DNA from: a virus
IMG/VR virus record: IMGVR_UViG_3300042868_010462
Coordinates: 83,875-147,874 of that record
Strand: one strand, 5' to 3'
DNA: 64,000 nucleotides
The translations under genes were made by a program, and so were the position numbers. The notes beneath the pieces are model-generated. The model searched no databases. It saw only the letters and a program-made list of their open reading frames with translations, and was not told the DNA's origin. This document shows positions 61,818 to 64,000 of the stretch, piece after piece. Numbering within the stretch: the stretch's first letter is position 1; each line of letters starts with the position of its first letter.

Positions 61818-63721
61818 TTTGCTTGTGGTAATAATTTCTTTCCGTGTTTAATCAATTCTTTTTTCACATATTCTTTTTCCTCAATTGAACTGAATAATTC
61901 TTCTCTTTCATCCGCCCATTCATCGATAATATCATCCATTTTCATTTTCCTTGTTTTTGCCTGAGTATAAAAACCTTGTAAATAAGCATCCTTTTCTTTT
62001 GGTGTTAATACTTCTTCGGCAAATGTATCGGTGGGTATTTCTTCGACCTTTTTATATGGATTCTCAGATTGATATAAATGTTCTATTTCGTGTCTTAATA
62101 CATCTTTTAACTCAGCAAACAATTTATTGAGATTCTCCATCTTGAAATTCGTATCAATATAAATCTGTAAATTAACAACATCTATGCTATCTTCATCGTC
62201 CCACTTTTGTTCAGCATGAATATCATATGGTGTGCGTATATCTTCAGTTATAGCTGTAAGCCTCACAGTAAAAGTAGTTGTTGAATACTGTTCTTCCTCC
62301 TCTTCGTCATCATATTCTTCATCATCCATAAAATCTTCATAGTCGAATTCTTCTTGGAAATATTCTTCCTCCCATTCAAGTTCTGTTGATTCTTCATCCC
62401 TGATGAAATCCATTAACTCTCTTTTTATATCTCTCCAAATCTGTAATATGGTTTGACTATATCTTCCTTCAGTCAAAACATCCTTGGATATTCCCATCAT
62501 TTCGTGTATTCTATTTATTTGTTCGTTCAAATTTGAATTCTTCAAATTTTTGGATGTCCTAACAAATTCATAAACATCATCACAAATTTTAATATTTTTT
62601 AAATTTTTGATTGGATAGAGGTCTCTTTTATTTTCAAAGGTTGTGAAATATTCAATATAATTTTCAACATCATAATATGAAATACAACCTAATTCCATTC
62701 TTTTCAATAACCAACTCAATTTTTCATAATTTGGATACAATTTTACCATTTTTTCAAACAATCCGTAATCCACTATTGAGGGAGCATAAATACTTTCTAA
62801 TTCATCTATTTTTGCTTGTGTTATGTTTTCAGTCCAAGCCAATCTTTCCTCCTCTTCTTTTTTTCTTTCCTCCTCTTCTTTTTTTCTTTTTTCCAATTCT
62901 TTTTCCTCTTCTTTTTTCGATAACTTTTCAAGAAAATTATTTTGAGCTTTTGGTGCTAAATCTCTTGCTATTTTCATTAGTTGTTCACAAGTATCTGAAA
63001 ATTCATCGAATTTATTATTTTTGTTTTTACACTCTGAGTCATAAAAGGGGCTAATTTGTATGGGAGTTTCAGGATTATTTTTTTGATGGAAAACAACAAG
63101 ATAATCTTTATTTATGTAGTCTACAAATTTTCGTTTATTTGTTAATGTACAAAATCTAACATAATTATTCCTATTACGATTTTCACAATCCCCCAATATA
63201 TTCTTGTATGCTTTGTACATAGGTTCATACATGTATTCGTACTCAAGATTATAGTCAAGATGAGGAATTACAAAAACTTGATATCCACTATGGACACCCA
63301 TATATTCAATAAAATTTTCATTTAGTTTTTTGATATCAGAAAAATTTATAAAATGTTCATCTTCAAATGAAATTTTATCAATTAATTCATTTGATATTGA
63401 AATAAAATTTTTGACATCTGAACAAGTTTTTATCTGACCTAAATCTTTTATTGGAAAATTTTTTTTATGTTTATCGAAAATTTTGAAATATTCCACAAAA
63501 TCAGGTATTTTATTATACGAAATACAATTTGATTCTAATTTTTTCAAAATCCATATGAATTGTTGGTATTCCTTGAATGTATTTTTCAATTCGTCAAATT
63601 TTTCTGACGTAACTATTTTTTTTTCATCGACATATTTGTACCGAACCTCATTAGGATTATATACTTCAGTAAGAAGTCCCATCATTTCGTGTATTCTATT
63701 TATTTGTTCTTGTAGTTTCAT
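61808..63721 (-). CDS. multi-module protein with internal duplication, second internal leader and zincin motif
   Basis: EQINRIHEMMG twice; duplicated W.LK..E..CISY domain; LRHEIEHLYQ...EKDAY. Confidence 0.8.
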   Translation of the reverse strand: MKLQEQINRIHEMMGLLTEVYNPNEVRYKYVDEKKIVTSEKFDELKNTFKEYQQFIWILKKLESNCISYNKIPDFVEYFKIFDKHKKNFPIKDLGQIKTCSDVKNFISISNELIDKISFEDEHFINFSDIKKLNENFIEYMGVHSGYQVFVIPHLDYNLEYEYMYEPMYKAYKNILGDCENRNRNNYVRFCTLTNKRKFVDYINKDYLVVFHQKNNPETPIQISPFYDSECKNKNNKFDEFSDTCEQLMKIARDLAPKAQNNFLEKLSKKEEEKELEKRKKEEEERKKEEEERLAWTENITQAKIDELESIYAPSIVDYGLFEKMVKLYPNYEKLSWLLKRMELGCISYYDVENYIEYFTTFENKRDLYPIKNLKNIKICDDVYEFVRTSKNLKNSNLNEQINRIHEMMGISKDVLTEGRYSQTILQIWRDIKRELMDFIRDEESTELEWEEEYFQEEFDYEDFMDDEEYDDEEEEEQYSTTTFTVRLTAITEDIRTPYDIHAEQKWDDEDSIDVVNLQIYIDTNFKMENLNKLFAELKDVLRHEIEHLYQSENPYKKVEEIPTDTFAEEVLTPKEKDAYLQGFYTQAKTRKMKMDDIIDEWADEREELFSSIEEKEYVKKELIKHGKKLLPQAKWR

Positions 63722-63724
63722 ATA

Positions 63725-64000
63725 TTACTTTAATGTTGATTCCAAATATTTTAAGTCCTTAATTTGTTGTTCTTCATCTCTGTTGAAAACTTCGAATGGG
63801 AAACTTTTAAGTCCTAAGTTGTATGCTGCTAATAATCTGTGTCTTCCATCACTTATACCAATTTTTGGTACATCATAATATTGTTTTTGACTATTCTTAT
63901 CATACTCAAAACTTTCAACATATAACATTGTTGGTTGGTATGCTTCGACATTTGGATTTTTCAGATATTCCATTGCCTTTTCTAATCTATCACCAATTCT
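63725..64000 (-). CDS. ParB-like domain protein (probably partial)
   Basis: ISDGRHRLLAA. Confidence 0.6.
   Translation of the reverse strand, partial: RIGDRLEKAMEYLKNPNVEAYQPTMLYVESFEYDKNSQKQYYDVPKIGISDGRHRLLAAYNLGLKSFPFEVFNRDEEQQIKDLKYLESTLK

Noticed and set aside
1-64000. Alternative genetic code (stop reassignment)
   Set aside because: Known genes are intact in code 11, coding density is high, and no suppressor tRNA is seen

Overview
AT-rich segment of a very large (jumbo/huge) phage genome, read in standard code 11. The host is probably Bacteroidota: there are many TAnnTTTG (-7) promoters and A-rich, SD-less starts. (i) 0.5-9.5 kb: a minus-strand array of 18 tRNAs plus one degenerate tRNA-like element, with interspersed nucleases and small ORFs. 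It splits into two clusters, each preceded by a short leader peptide, an antiterminator/terminator pair and a boxA-like site. Each leader contains every amino acid served by its own downstream cluster. (ii) 9.7-11.4 kb: three stem-closed CAGCAA RNA repeats behind a DUF2828/TROVE-like vWA gene. (iii) 12-49 kb: accessory genes including DnaK, an IMPDH/GMPR-family enzyme, an anticodon-domain-less class IIb aaRS paralog with an Asn-rich leader, a GAF-PAS-PAS kinase/response-regulator pair, SlyD, and several peptidoglycan enzymes. (iv) About 50.5-53 kb: a divergence point with a G/C skew switch and DnaA-box-like sites, a candidate origin. (v) More than 30 otherwise unrelated proteins, densest at 31-64 kb, share short N-terminal leaders ending in I/L-x-E. 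Most lie behind a TATTTAT promoter-like motif, suggesting a capsid-targeted, protease-matured cargo family. All calls come from reading the sequence by eye; no searches were run and novelty is unverified.
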